DNA of 64,000 nucleotides. Source: Paraspadella gotoi (Eukaryota > Animalia > Chaetognatha). The DNA lies in the NCBI GenBank assembly GCA_051294375.1, contig CM119266.1, forward strand, positions 22,387,875 to 22,451,874, given 5' to 3'. The notes under the pieces were generated by a model. The model was not told where the DNA came from. It saw only the letters and a list, made by a program, of their open reading frames with translations, and searched no databases. This document shows positions 1 through 10,469 of the stretch, in pieces. Made by a program: the position numbers and the translations under genes. The first letter of the stretch is position 1. Every line of letters begins with the position of its first letter.

Positions 1-1289
1 GCGTAGTAAAAGGGCATAGCGGCGATCCTGGCGGCGAAGAAGGAGGCGGTGAGCAGGAGGCCGTTGATGAAGTAGCCGCGGGAGGCGCGGAGGCCGGAGA
101 CGTCGAGGAACCATCTGACGGTTGGGCGGGAGGGTTGGGTGATTGGTCATGATTTGATCAATATTGAGAGGTATAGAACCAATGGATTAAACAAAAATGA
201 ATGAGGAAAGAACTGATAGAGATTGAATTATAAATGAAACGAGTTTGGCTTGAAAACCAACGGAACTGATTAAAATACAAGAGCCTCAATAATAGATCTT
301 TAAAGAAGCCGATGTAGTGAACGATCTGTTCGTCATTCCGTCAATTGCTTTAAGAAATTCGCCGAAACCCAAATCTTAAGGATCTGACATTATTTTTTCC
401 TCGACGGTTTCCAAAAATATAGATGTGTGGCGAATCCTAAATTCGCCTCCCGTATAGCTTGGCGAAACTCAGCTCGTCCCATTGGCTTGGACAGCTAAGT
501 ACGCGTTCACCAACCGTGAGTTCCTGGTTAAATCCCCTCACGGTCACGCTGGTTGTGATGTCGGCATATAACACGCCAGTGGACATGGGGTGGTCACTGG
601 CAGGTCCAAAGCCTGAGCGCCAGCTGTCGGGAGATGCCTCACACCCCAGGCATCACACATGTCCCTCCGTTGCCATACTGACAATATTTTTTCCTCGACG
701 GTTCCTATACGAGATGCTATAGATTATAAAGATTTGAAAAGAAAAAAGAATAAAGAGAAAAACACCATCACTTTGAAAACCTCTGATTGACGAAAGGAGT
801 CGAGGCTTCCGCCAGCAGTCGAAAGTTGGCGAACCAGACGAAGGATCCTTGCGTCACCACGAAGTGAAACGCCAAAAACGCCAGCACGTGATGAAGCAAG
901 AAAGGCCCGTCACCCAGGTGGCGCCAGTGACGCAGCATCATCGCCAGGTCCACCGCAAGATAGCCGCAGGCCACGGCGCAGGCCCAGCGGCACGAGTGAC
1001 AGGCCGTAGTGCACCGCAGCGGCGCCTCGGTTTCCAGCGCCACGCAGACCGCGGCGACGCTGGTGACGACGACGGCGTGGACCGTGGACACGAGGCGAGA
1101 ATCCCACTCGACGCGGAGAGGCGCCGTGAGTCGGGAGTAGGAGTGGGTGTGGCTGAAGATTAAGGGAGAGACGACGTTGAAGAGAAAGAAGAAGAAGACG
1201 AAACTGAGAATTGACGGGATGTGGGCGTGGAGGGAAGGAGGGAGGGAGAAGACGGATGAAGAGGAGAAGGCGTCGACGACGACGTCCAT
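1..1289 (-). CDS. TLCD4: TLC-domain membrane protein, TLCD4/TMEM56-like. Exon 1 1289-781, intron 780-115, exon 2 114-<1 (runs off the window)
   Basis: Exon 1 has TLC-family motifs EWDSRLVSTVHA, GYLAVDL, FLLHH and RLLAEASTPFVNQR. A GT donor at 780 (phase 2) joins a CAG acceptor at 116-115 and the frame continues RWFLDVSGLRASRGYFINGLLLTASFFAARIAAMPFYY. Confidence 0.9.
426..677 (+). mobile_element. tRNA-like SINE in the TLCD4 intron (the mirror copy at ~6515-7415 is split by the MITE)
   Basis: 5' hairpin GGCGAAT-CCTAA-ATTCGCC (429-447), A-box-like TGGCTTGGACAG, B-box-like GGTTAAATCC (526-535). Flanked by the direct repeat CTGACA(T/A)TATTTTTTCCTCGACGGTT(T)CC at 384-412 and 678-705. Confidence 0.55.
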
Positions 1290-2907
1290 GGCTGCCGCAG
1301 TTTCTGCAATTAGGTTTGTTTTGTTTATTTTCCTTTTTTTTAGGAGTTATACTTTTTATTTAAGTTCGTCGACCTTCGAATTCGAAATCTTGAACAGAAT
1401 TTCCCCGGCGAATAAATTTTGTGATTAATTCTTTTTTTTTTTTGTTGCTTATCTCGCTCGTTGATCTTTAAGAATTGAGAAAGTCCAAAAGTGAAAAAAT
1501 TCGGCACTGGAAGGTCGAAACTAAAGTTGATTCCATTTAGAATCGGGAGAAATTCACGCAGTACAAATTTACAATACGAACATAAGGTTTTAATTTGGTA
1601 TTTCGTTGTATCGGGAAAAAAAAATCGAAACGTTGCACTGCGTTTTTATTTCATAAAGTTCTTACGACGTAAGCTGAATCATTATTAGTTATTAGAGAAA
1701 ATTCAAAGCTCGAAAATGCGAATATTTTACTGCATATTTATCTTGAGTATTTTGTCTCGTGCGATCATTTTTTTGCTCGACTGATAATCCTCAATGCTCA
1801 GAGCCGCAACGTCGAAATACATAAAACAACTTAAGTTATAAAATCAGGGTTACAGAGAACTCGGTCAGGTTTTTTTTAAACCCGAATGGAAATTTTATGC
1901 ATCATTCGTACAGTTGTGTCGAATACTCGAATTACGACCAAAACAGGTGTCGGACTAAAACAAGCAAATATAGGAACAATAATTTACATGTCTTATCTCG
2001 AATCGTCTGATCAAAAATTCTTTTACTTTTCTAACTTGTTTGTGTCAGGACGGGGTTGTAATAGTTTTACTAAAAATTTTCAACATAAAAATTATATAAT
2101 GTAATATTGTGGAAGATTAATTGAAGATAAATCATATTTCTTTTTCTAAACTTTGTATCCTATAGGATAATAATAAATACAATATCGTTTCAGAAAGCTG
2201 TCAAACTTTGAGCTTTTGTATCGTTAAACTATCCAAACAGCTGATGTCCTGCATGAAGTGAATTTTCTGAAATGTTCGATAAAATTTTTTTAACCTCCTA
2301 AAAAAGGAATTTGACATTTGTATAGAAAGATGTTATGAACTTTATTTTTTTTTCTTTTCGGAAAAAAAAACTATTTCTTTTCAGTTTTTTTGTATTCTTT
2401 TCTAGAAATATTTCCCGAAAAATAATAAACTTCTACAAAACCGGTGTACATGGATTTCCTCAATGAATTCTGTTCACTCATCTCTCGAGANNNNNNNNNN
2501 NNNNNNNNNNNNNNNNNNNNNNNNNNNNNNNNNNNNNNNNNNNNNNNNNNNNNNNNNNNNNNNNNNNNNNNNNNNNNNNNNNNNNNNNNNNNNNNNNNNN
2601 NNNNNNNNNNNNNNNNNNNNNNNNNNNNNNNNNNNNNNNNNNNNNNNNNNNNNNNNNNNNNNNNNNNNNNNNNNNNNNNNNNNNAGGAGGAGGAGGAAGG
2701 GGGAGGAGATTTGTTGGGGATTTGGGAATTTTTAATTCGGGAGCAAACAATTCACGGAGGAAAGAATCGAAGGGAGGAGGAGTCATCCGACCGAGACGGC
2801 GTCACACAGAAGAACCCTTTTTCTTTTTTTCCTTTTTTTTTGAGATTATGCAAATTTGTGAGTTGAATGCGCCGCTCTCTCTCTCTCTTTCTCTATTTCT
2901 CTATTTC

Positions 2908-2950
<43 letters not shown>

Positions 2951-3033
2951 ATTCTCCCTCCCTCCTCTCCTCTCTACTCTCTCTTCTCACGCTTTTTAAA
3001 TTTTTCCCGTTTTGTATTTGATTTTTTTTTCTC

Positions 3034-3911
3034 AGTCGGGTGAAAGAATCAACGATTATTTGCTGACCCAATTGTTGAATTTTCTCACGGTGTGAACTGT
3101 ATTCAAATTAAATTACTTTTGCAGAAATTTTTTTTTTAATTCGGTTTCTTTTTTTCAATGCATTTACTGTCTCACAAATTTTCTGCGGACTTACGAGTTT
3201 ATACCATTTGGTTGGAACAAATCATTGTTATACTCTCCCTCTCTCGATCGTCTTCTTATCTTGTATTTTCTTTTCTTTTTCTATCTTTCTTTCCCTCTCG
3301 CTGCTCAGCGTCACGCATCCATTGTTCTTTCGTTTTTGATTGACGTTCCCCGTCTCATCATCAAAATCGATCTCTGCGCAAAAGATGGCCCAACCCCGAG
3401 CCGCCGGTTCCTCGCCCCCTCGTCGTATCCTCACCAGCAACGCCCATGGGGAAATACGTGNNNNNNNNNNNNNNNNNNNNNNNNNTCAGTCGGGTGAAAG
3501 AATCAACGATTATTTTGCTGACCCAATTGTTGAATTTCTCACGGGTGAACTGTATTCAAATTAAATTAACTTTTGCAGAAATTTTTTTTTTAATTCGGTT
3601 TCTTTTTTTTCAAATGCATTTACTGTCTCACAAATTTCTGGGACTACGAGTTTATACCATTTGGTTGGAAACAAATCATTGTTATACTCTCCCTCTCTCG
3701 ATCCGTCTTTCTATCTTGTATTTTCTTTCTTTTTCTATCTTTCTTTCCCTCTCGCTGCTCAGCGTCACGCATCCATTGTTCTTCTGTTTTTGATTGACGT
3801 TCCCCGTCTCATCCATCAAAATCGATCTCTCGGCCGAAAGATGGCCCCAAACCCCGAGCCGCCGTTCCTCGCCCCCTCGTCGTATCCTCAACCAGCGCCC
3901 ATGGGGAAACG
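3034..3911 (+). repeat. Direct duplication 3034-3460 = 3486-3911 across a 25-N gap
   Basis: Near-identical sequence on both sides of the gap at 3461-3485. Confidence 0.9.
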
Positions 3912-4137
3912 TGGACGACGACGACGACGACGACAACGATGACGACGACGTTGACAACGACAACAACGACGACGACGTTGACGGCCGTGGGGACCGGAAA
4001 GATCTCCAACTTCAGGTCGCTTTCAAACGTTTAGCTATGAAAGAGAAGGAGAGAACGAAAGGAGAGAGAGGAAAAGATAGGAGAAGAAGAAAGAAAAAGA
4101 GTTTGGGGTGGCAGAGAATAGAACTAGAGAGAAGGAG

Positions 4138-4211
<74 letters not shown>

Positions 4212-4217
4212 TAGAGA

Positions 4218-4239
<22 letters not shown>

Positions 4240-4248
<9 letters not shown>

Positions 4249-4570
4249 AACTCAACCAAAAAATTTGCATAATCTTCAAAAAAAAAGGAAAAAAAGAAAA
4301 AGTTCTTCTGTGTGGGACGCCGTCTCGCTCGCGATGACTCCTCCTCCCTTCGATCTCTTTCCTCCAGGAATTGTTGCTGCCCGAATAAAAATTCCCAAAG
4401 GGCCCCCAACAATCTCCTCCCCCTTCCTCCCTCCTCCTCTTCCTCCTCTTCCGCTCTTCTCCTTCTCCTCCACCTCCAAGCATGCCATTCAACCACGAGA
4501 GATGGCATCGCGTCCGCGCGTCGGGATTTCGTCGTCGCGGACGGTGGCAGCTGGGACAAACGACACAGAG

Positions 4571-4613
<43 letters not shown>

Positions 4614-4618
4614 AGAAT

Positions 4619-4653
<35 letters not shown>

Positions 4654-7600
4654 CACTGAGGTCGAGGAGAACAACCGTTTCAGGCTGTTTTTTTTTGCTT
4701 CTCCTTTGGATGGCGCGGGAAGCATCAAAATTTCTCTTTTGAAAACTTCGAGAGATGAGTTGAACAGAATTCATTGGAGGAAATCCATGTACACCGGTTA
4801 TGTAGAAGTTTATTTTTTTCGGGGGAACATATTTTCTAGAAAGAATACAAAAAACTGAAAAGAAATAGTTTTTTTTTTTCCGAAAAGAAAAGAAAAAATA
4901 ACAGTTCATTAACATTTTTTTATACAAATGCCAAATTCTTTTTTAGTGAGGTTAAAAAAATTTTATCGAACATTTCAGAAAAATTCACATTCATGCAGGA
5001 ATCAGCTGTTTGGAAGTTTACGATACAAAGCTCAAGTTTGACAGCTTTTCTTGAACGATATTGTATTATTATTATCCTATAGGATACAAAGTTTAAAAAG
5101 AAATATGATTTATCTTCAATAAATCTTCCACAATATAACATATATTAATTTTATATGTTGATAAATTTTTTAGTAAAACTTATTACAACCCCGGTCCTGA
5201 CACAAAACAAGTTAGAAAGTTAAAAGAATTTTTGATCAGACGATTCGAGATTTAAGACATGTAAATTATTGTTTCTATATTTGTTTTTTAGTCCGACACT
5301 GTTGTGGTCGTATTCGAGTTTCGACACAACTGTACGAATATGCATAAATTTCCATTCGGGTTTAAAAAAACCTGACGAGTCTCTGTAAGACCCTGCGGCT
5401 CTGGAGAGTGAGTTATCAGTCGAGCAAAAATGATCGCACGAGACAAATACTCCAAGATAAATATGCAGTAAAATATTCGCATTTTCGAGCTCGTGAAATT
5501 TTTCTAATACACTTAATAATGATCAGCTTACGTTCGTAAAGAACTTATTGAAATTAAAAACGCAGTGCAACGTTTCGATTTTTTTTTCCCGATTACAACG
5601 AAATACCAAATTAAAACCTTATGTTCGTAGTGTAAATTTGTACTGCGTGAATTTCTTCCGATTCTAAATGGAATCAAACTTTAGTTTTCGACCTTTCCGT
5701 GCCGAACTTTTTTCACTTTTGGACTTTCTCAAGTCTTTTAAAGATCAACGAGCGAGATAAGCAACAAAAAAAAAAAAAAATAATCACAAAATTATTCGCC
5801 GGGGAAATTCCTGTTCAACGATTGCGAATTCGAAGGTGACGAACTAAATAAAAAGTTACTCCTAAAAAAGGAAAACTAAACAAAACAAACCTAATTGCGG
5901 AACTGCGGGCAGCCATGGACTCGTTCGTCCGACGCCTTCTCCTCTTCATCCGTCTCTCCCTCCTCCTTTCCCTCCACGCCACATCCCGTTCAATTCTCAG
6001 TTCGTCTTCTTTTCCTTTCTCTTAACGTCGTCTTCCCTTAATTTCAGCCACACCACTCCCTACTCCCAGACTCACGGCGCCTCTCCGCGGTCGAGTGGGC
6101 ATTCTGCCTCGTGTCCACGGTCCACGCCGTCGTCGTCACCAGCGTCGCCGCGGTCTTGCGTGGCGCTGGAAACGAGGCGCCGTGGTGCACTACGGCCTGT
6201 ATCGTGCCGCTGGGCTGCGCCGTGGCCTGCGCTATCTTTGCGGTGACATGGCGATGGATGCTGCGTCACTGGCGCCACCTGGTGTGACGGGCTTTTGCTT
6301 TCATCCTGCTGGCGTTTTTGGCTTTTCACTTCGTGGGTGAGCAAGGATCCTTTCGTCTGGTTCGCCAAACTTTGACTCCTGGCGGAAGCTCGATCATTTC
6401 GTCAATCAAGAGGTTTCAAAAGTGATGGTGTTTTTCTCTTTATTCTTTTTCTTTTTCAAATCTTTTATATCTATAGCATTCTCGGTATAGGAACGTCGAG
6501 GAAAAAATATCTGTTCAGTATGGCACGGAGGGACATGGTGTGAGCCTGGGGTGTGAGGCCATTCCCGACTGGCTGCGCTCAGGCTTTGGACCTGCAGTGA
6601 CCACTAGGTGGAGCACTCAAGAACAAAATTTATTTGATGATCGACCAATGATATTTAGATGTTGAGATAGTATGATTAATTAGTTACAAAAAATATTTTG
6701 TTCATTATTATCTCGGGACAGATAGTAAAAATATAATATATTTGTAGAATATCTTATAAATAGTAATTTTTAAAAATATCTTTTATAATACCTTATTAAG
6801 ATTCAGATTCATTCATAAAAGTTGAATCAAAAAATATAAACATGTTATCAAAAATTCTGTATCTTCCAAGGTTTAAAATAAGAAAAAAGGTGAAATTCTA
6901 ACTTTTTTTTTATTCTCTGTTGTAGAAAATTATTATATGGTTAAAAACGGTTGTAATCATTTTTTGTTGGTTAAACATTAAAATTCATATAACATATTTT
7001 ATAAAGTTCTTAGTTTATTTACAGCGGAATCCAAATCAGTTCTTAAAAAATAAAAAAAATTATTTTGACATTTGACATTTTATAAGGATATTACTTAATA
7101 ATAATTGAATTTGCTTTATTAACAGTTTGCTAAAAATTTTTGTAATAGGATGGTTAAAATTATTAATTATATGTCATAGGGCAGCAAAAAAATAATGTTT
7201 CAATCAACTCAATTCTTATGTCATTCCTCCCACCCTAGTGACCACCCATGTCACTGGCGTGTTCTATGCGGACATCATCGCACTTAACCAGCCAGTGTAC
7301 CGTGAGGGAATTTAAACCAGAACTCACGGTTGGTGAACGGTACTTAGCGTTCCAAGCCAATGGGACGACTGAGTTTCGGCCCAAGCTATACGGAGGCGAT
7401 TTAGGATTCGCCACACATCATATTTTTGGAAACCGTCGAGGAAAAAATAATGTTCAGAGCCTTAAGATTTGGGTTTCGGCGAATTTCTTAAAAAGCAATT
7501 GACGGAATGACGAACAGATCGTCACTACATTGGTTCTTAAAATCTATTATTGATGGTTTGTATTTTAATCAGTTCCGTTGGTTTTCAGCAAAACTTCGTT

Positions 7601-7835
7601 TGCATTTATAATTCATCTCTATCAGTTCTTTCCTCATTCATTTTGTTAATCCATTGCGTTTATACCTATCAATATTGATTCAAATCATGACATCACCAAC
7701 CCTCCCGCCCAACCGTCAGATGGTTCCTCGACGTCTCGCCTCCGCGCCTCCGCGGCTACTTCATTCACGGCCTTCCTGCTCACCGCCTCCTTGCTTCGGC
7801 GCCAGGATCGCTCCTATGCCCTTGTTAACTACGCC
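4240..7835 (-). repeat. Inverted duplicate of 1-~2870 (assembly/haplotig duplication)
   Basis: Continuous reverse-complement similarity across gene, intron and upstream DNA. The junction lies inside the (AG)n tract at ~4125-4240. Confidence 0.85.
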
Positions 7836-8070
7836 AGCCTGTGGACGACGATCGCGGCGTGGCGGATCGCCGGCGCCGGTGGAAGACGAGGCCGGTGCCG
7901 GACTGGCGGCGATGGGTCTCGCGATTCGGTTTTGCTCGACGTCTTGAATTTGTTTTGGTTCTGGAAGCTCGTGAGGGGATGTCAAGAGATTTGGCCGCCG
8001 AGAAGGAAAGAAGGTTTAAGCGTTCACGAAGGGTGAAGACAGGAGAGAGGAAGCTCGGGGAGTTAATGAT
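5915..8070 (+). CDS. TLCD4: Second, inverted copy of the TLCD4-like gene (probably the other haplotype, with sequencing indels). Exon 1 ~5915-6412, exon 2 7720-~8070
   Basis: Reverse complement of 1-1289 with scattered 1-bp indels, same donor (6413) and acceptor (7718-7719). It supplies the C-terminal TLC motif LDVLNLFWFWKLVRG. The stop position is uncertain because of frameshifts. Confidence 0.8.
6605..7237. mobile_element. Non-autonomous hAT-type MITE (633 bp)
   Basis: 8-bp TSD GTGACCAC at 6597-6604 and 7238-7245. Imperfect TIRs TAGG(G)TGG..AAGAA / TTCTT..CCACCCTA around an AT-rich non-coding body. The empty site, with a single GTGACCAC on the minus strand, is at ~590-597 of the other gene copy. 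Confidence 0.85.
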
Positions 8071-10469
8071 ATTCATCGAATGGAACAATCTTTGCTCAGT
8101 TCAATTCATTTGTACATTTGATTTCGACTTTTATACATTAATTCTTACTAAAATATATAAAATATATAATATTGAATCTATTATTAAAATTCTTAACGAA
8201 TGCATACATTACGTACATTCATACAAACACATGGAAAACAACCTAATTATCATACATGCATACATACAAACATACCATGGTTTAATGTTCATTTTATTGA
8301 ATATCATGTCAATAAATACGTAGTCAGTCAATCCATCATTTATCAAATAATTTTTGACAATGATCCTCATGTTAATCTTCATTTTCATTCGGAATCTACT
8401 CCCCTGATTGTTACTAATATTATCATTTCACACTGACGTCTACTTATGTCTTTGAGTATTGCTCAATGCTCATGCTTGAAATCCTAATTTTTTTCCTGTG
8501 GCGATCTTTTTTCATTGATTGTTTAAAAAAGTCAAGTTTCGTTGAATCACTTTCGATTATCGAAATAAATTCTTTCAATCGGCTATTTTGGGGTTTTTAT
8601 TACTTATTTTATAAGTACATTAATTTTAGTTAAACAAAACCTTCTGACGATGACGAAATTATGTATAATCCTCATAATCTCCTCTCTTTGGATTTTTGAA
8701 TTCCTGTTTTTTTTTGTTTGTTTTGTTTTTGTTTGTTGGGTTTTTAAATAAATATTTAATAGTTATATTTAATAATCTGTCGTCTTTTAGAAATAATACA
8801 ATCGTCGCTTAATTCAATTCAAATTCTATGAATAGAGAACTCCATTCAGTGACTTTGTTTAGCTTCAAATCTCCCAAAAACTGTTCACGTTAAATTCACC
8901 ACAAACAATAAAAGGGCTCAACTTCAGTCAAATCGTCGCGTCAAAAGTGTTCCAAAACTTGTGTAACAAGAGACGTGCCAATTTTGTTTACTGAGAGAAC
9001 GAATTTTAGGAATTCTAAAAGAAAACTTATATGTTGGTTGCTTACTATCAAGGGCCATTTTTAAAAAAAAAAAGTGTATTTTATCAACTGTACAAAGTAA
9101 TAATAAAATTTATAATTTAAATAATATTAATCTTAAAATCAGAAAGAATTAAAATAAGTCAGAAAACTAAATAATTTAAGATGACTTATCTTTTATTTGA
9201 AAAAAAATTTTATAATTCTTTTTAAAATATGATTGTTATCAAAAATGATCAAAATAATCTAAAAAACGAAAACTCTATCGTCATCACGGACCTCGAATCG
9301 TCAGCCGCGGGTTTCTGTTTCTCGGGTCGTAATTAGTGACTCCTCGTCTGTGAACCAAACGGGAAGCGACGTCCGGAAACCGATGACCATAAAAGGGCAT
9401 AAATTCCGCGGGTGAATCGTTGGGACGCAGTTGGACCGTTTACGTCGCCGGTCTCTTCCCTTCTCATTTTACGACGGCGATTGCGCGTTCGCGGCTGTTG
9501 AAGCTGGGATAAGCACGTGGATGGAACCTTGTTTATCTTGTTTACCTTTTTTATTTGGTTTTTATTGATTTTTTGGTCGTATCGCTTGAATATTAGTTTT
9601 TCTAATCTTTTTTTTTTTTTGTTAGGAAAATCCTTATTCTTTCTTTCTTTTATAATCTTTTGTCTCTTTCATTTTTTTGCCACGATCTTTTCTTAAATTT
9701 TTTGGGCTTTCTTCCCATTTCATTTCTTTTTATGTTTTTGTTTTTACCTTTGATTTCTGATTATAACTTTAACCGAATAAGCTCAAAAACAATAAAATAA
9801 CTGTTTTTTTCTGTGATCTTTATTTTTTTAATCAATTCATCGATACATCAATTAATAGTCAATAAAAAACAACTTTGAATAAATTATCAGCGAAATGCAG
9901 TAATAAAAAATCATTTTCGTGATTTACAATGAATTAATATATTATACGTTTCTCCGTCAGCTGCGTGAAAATGAGTTTTCCCTCTTTCGTTCAAAAGGGG
10001 AAAAAAATAAAAGCACTTAGTGCGACGCGGAACCACATACAATAATTCGAAAATAGTTAAAATAAAATACTAGTTTGGGCGGAGTGGAAAATTCAATCGG
10101 GTTCGAAAATTCGATCGTACCGACAAAAGAAAAAAAATAGAAACAAAAAAAGGGGCATGAGGATAAAAAGAAGAAACTGGAGATACAAAGGAAATAATGG
10201 GTATTGAACTTATGAAGTAGGAAAAAAAAGGGTGCGAGAGCGGGCGTGTTGGGGAGCGGGGGAAACGAAACGGTGCCGCTTAATAAATGAGTCGAGCGAC
10301 CGACAAAATCAGCCATTTCCGATTTCGACAAATCATAACAACGACTGAATCTTCTAGTCTTCAGTCAACTGTTCGGTTCAACACAAAGTACGCTCTGCGA
10401 ACTGAATAACTTATATACTCGGCATCTCTCAGCATCAATCATCATCATCAGAAATATATTCGCTACATC

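Noticed and set aside
3794-4858. 354-aa ORF and the many other ER/SL/FLS-repeat ORFs
   Set aside because: They are translations of (AG)n, (GAC)n and (TTTC)n microsatellites. This one also crosses a probable mis-join.
5915-8070. TLCD4 pseudogene or true paralogue
   Set aside because: Indels are spread evenly over exons, intron and flanks like long-read errors, and the duplication ends in a microsatellite. An allelic assembly copy is more parsimonious.
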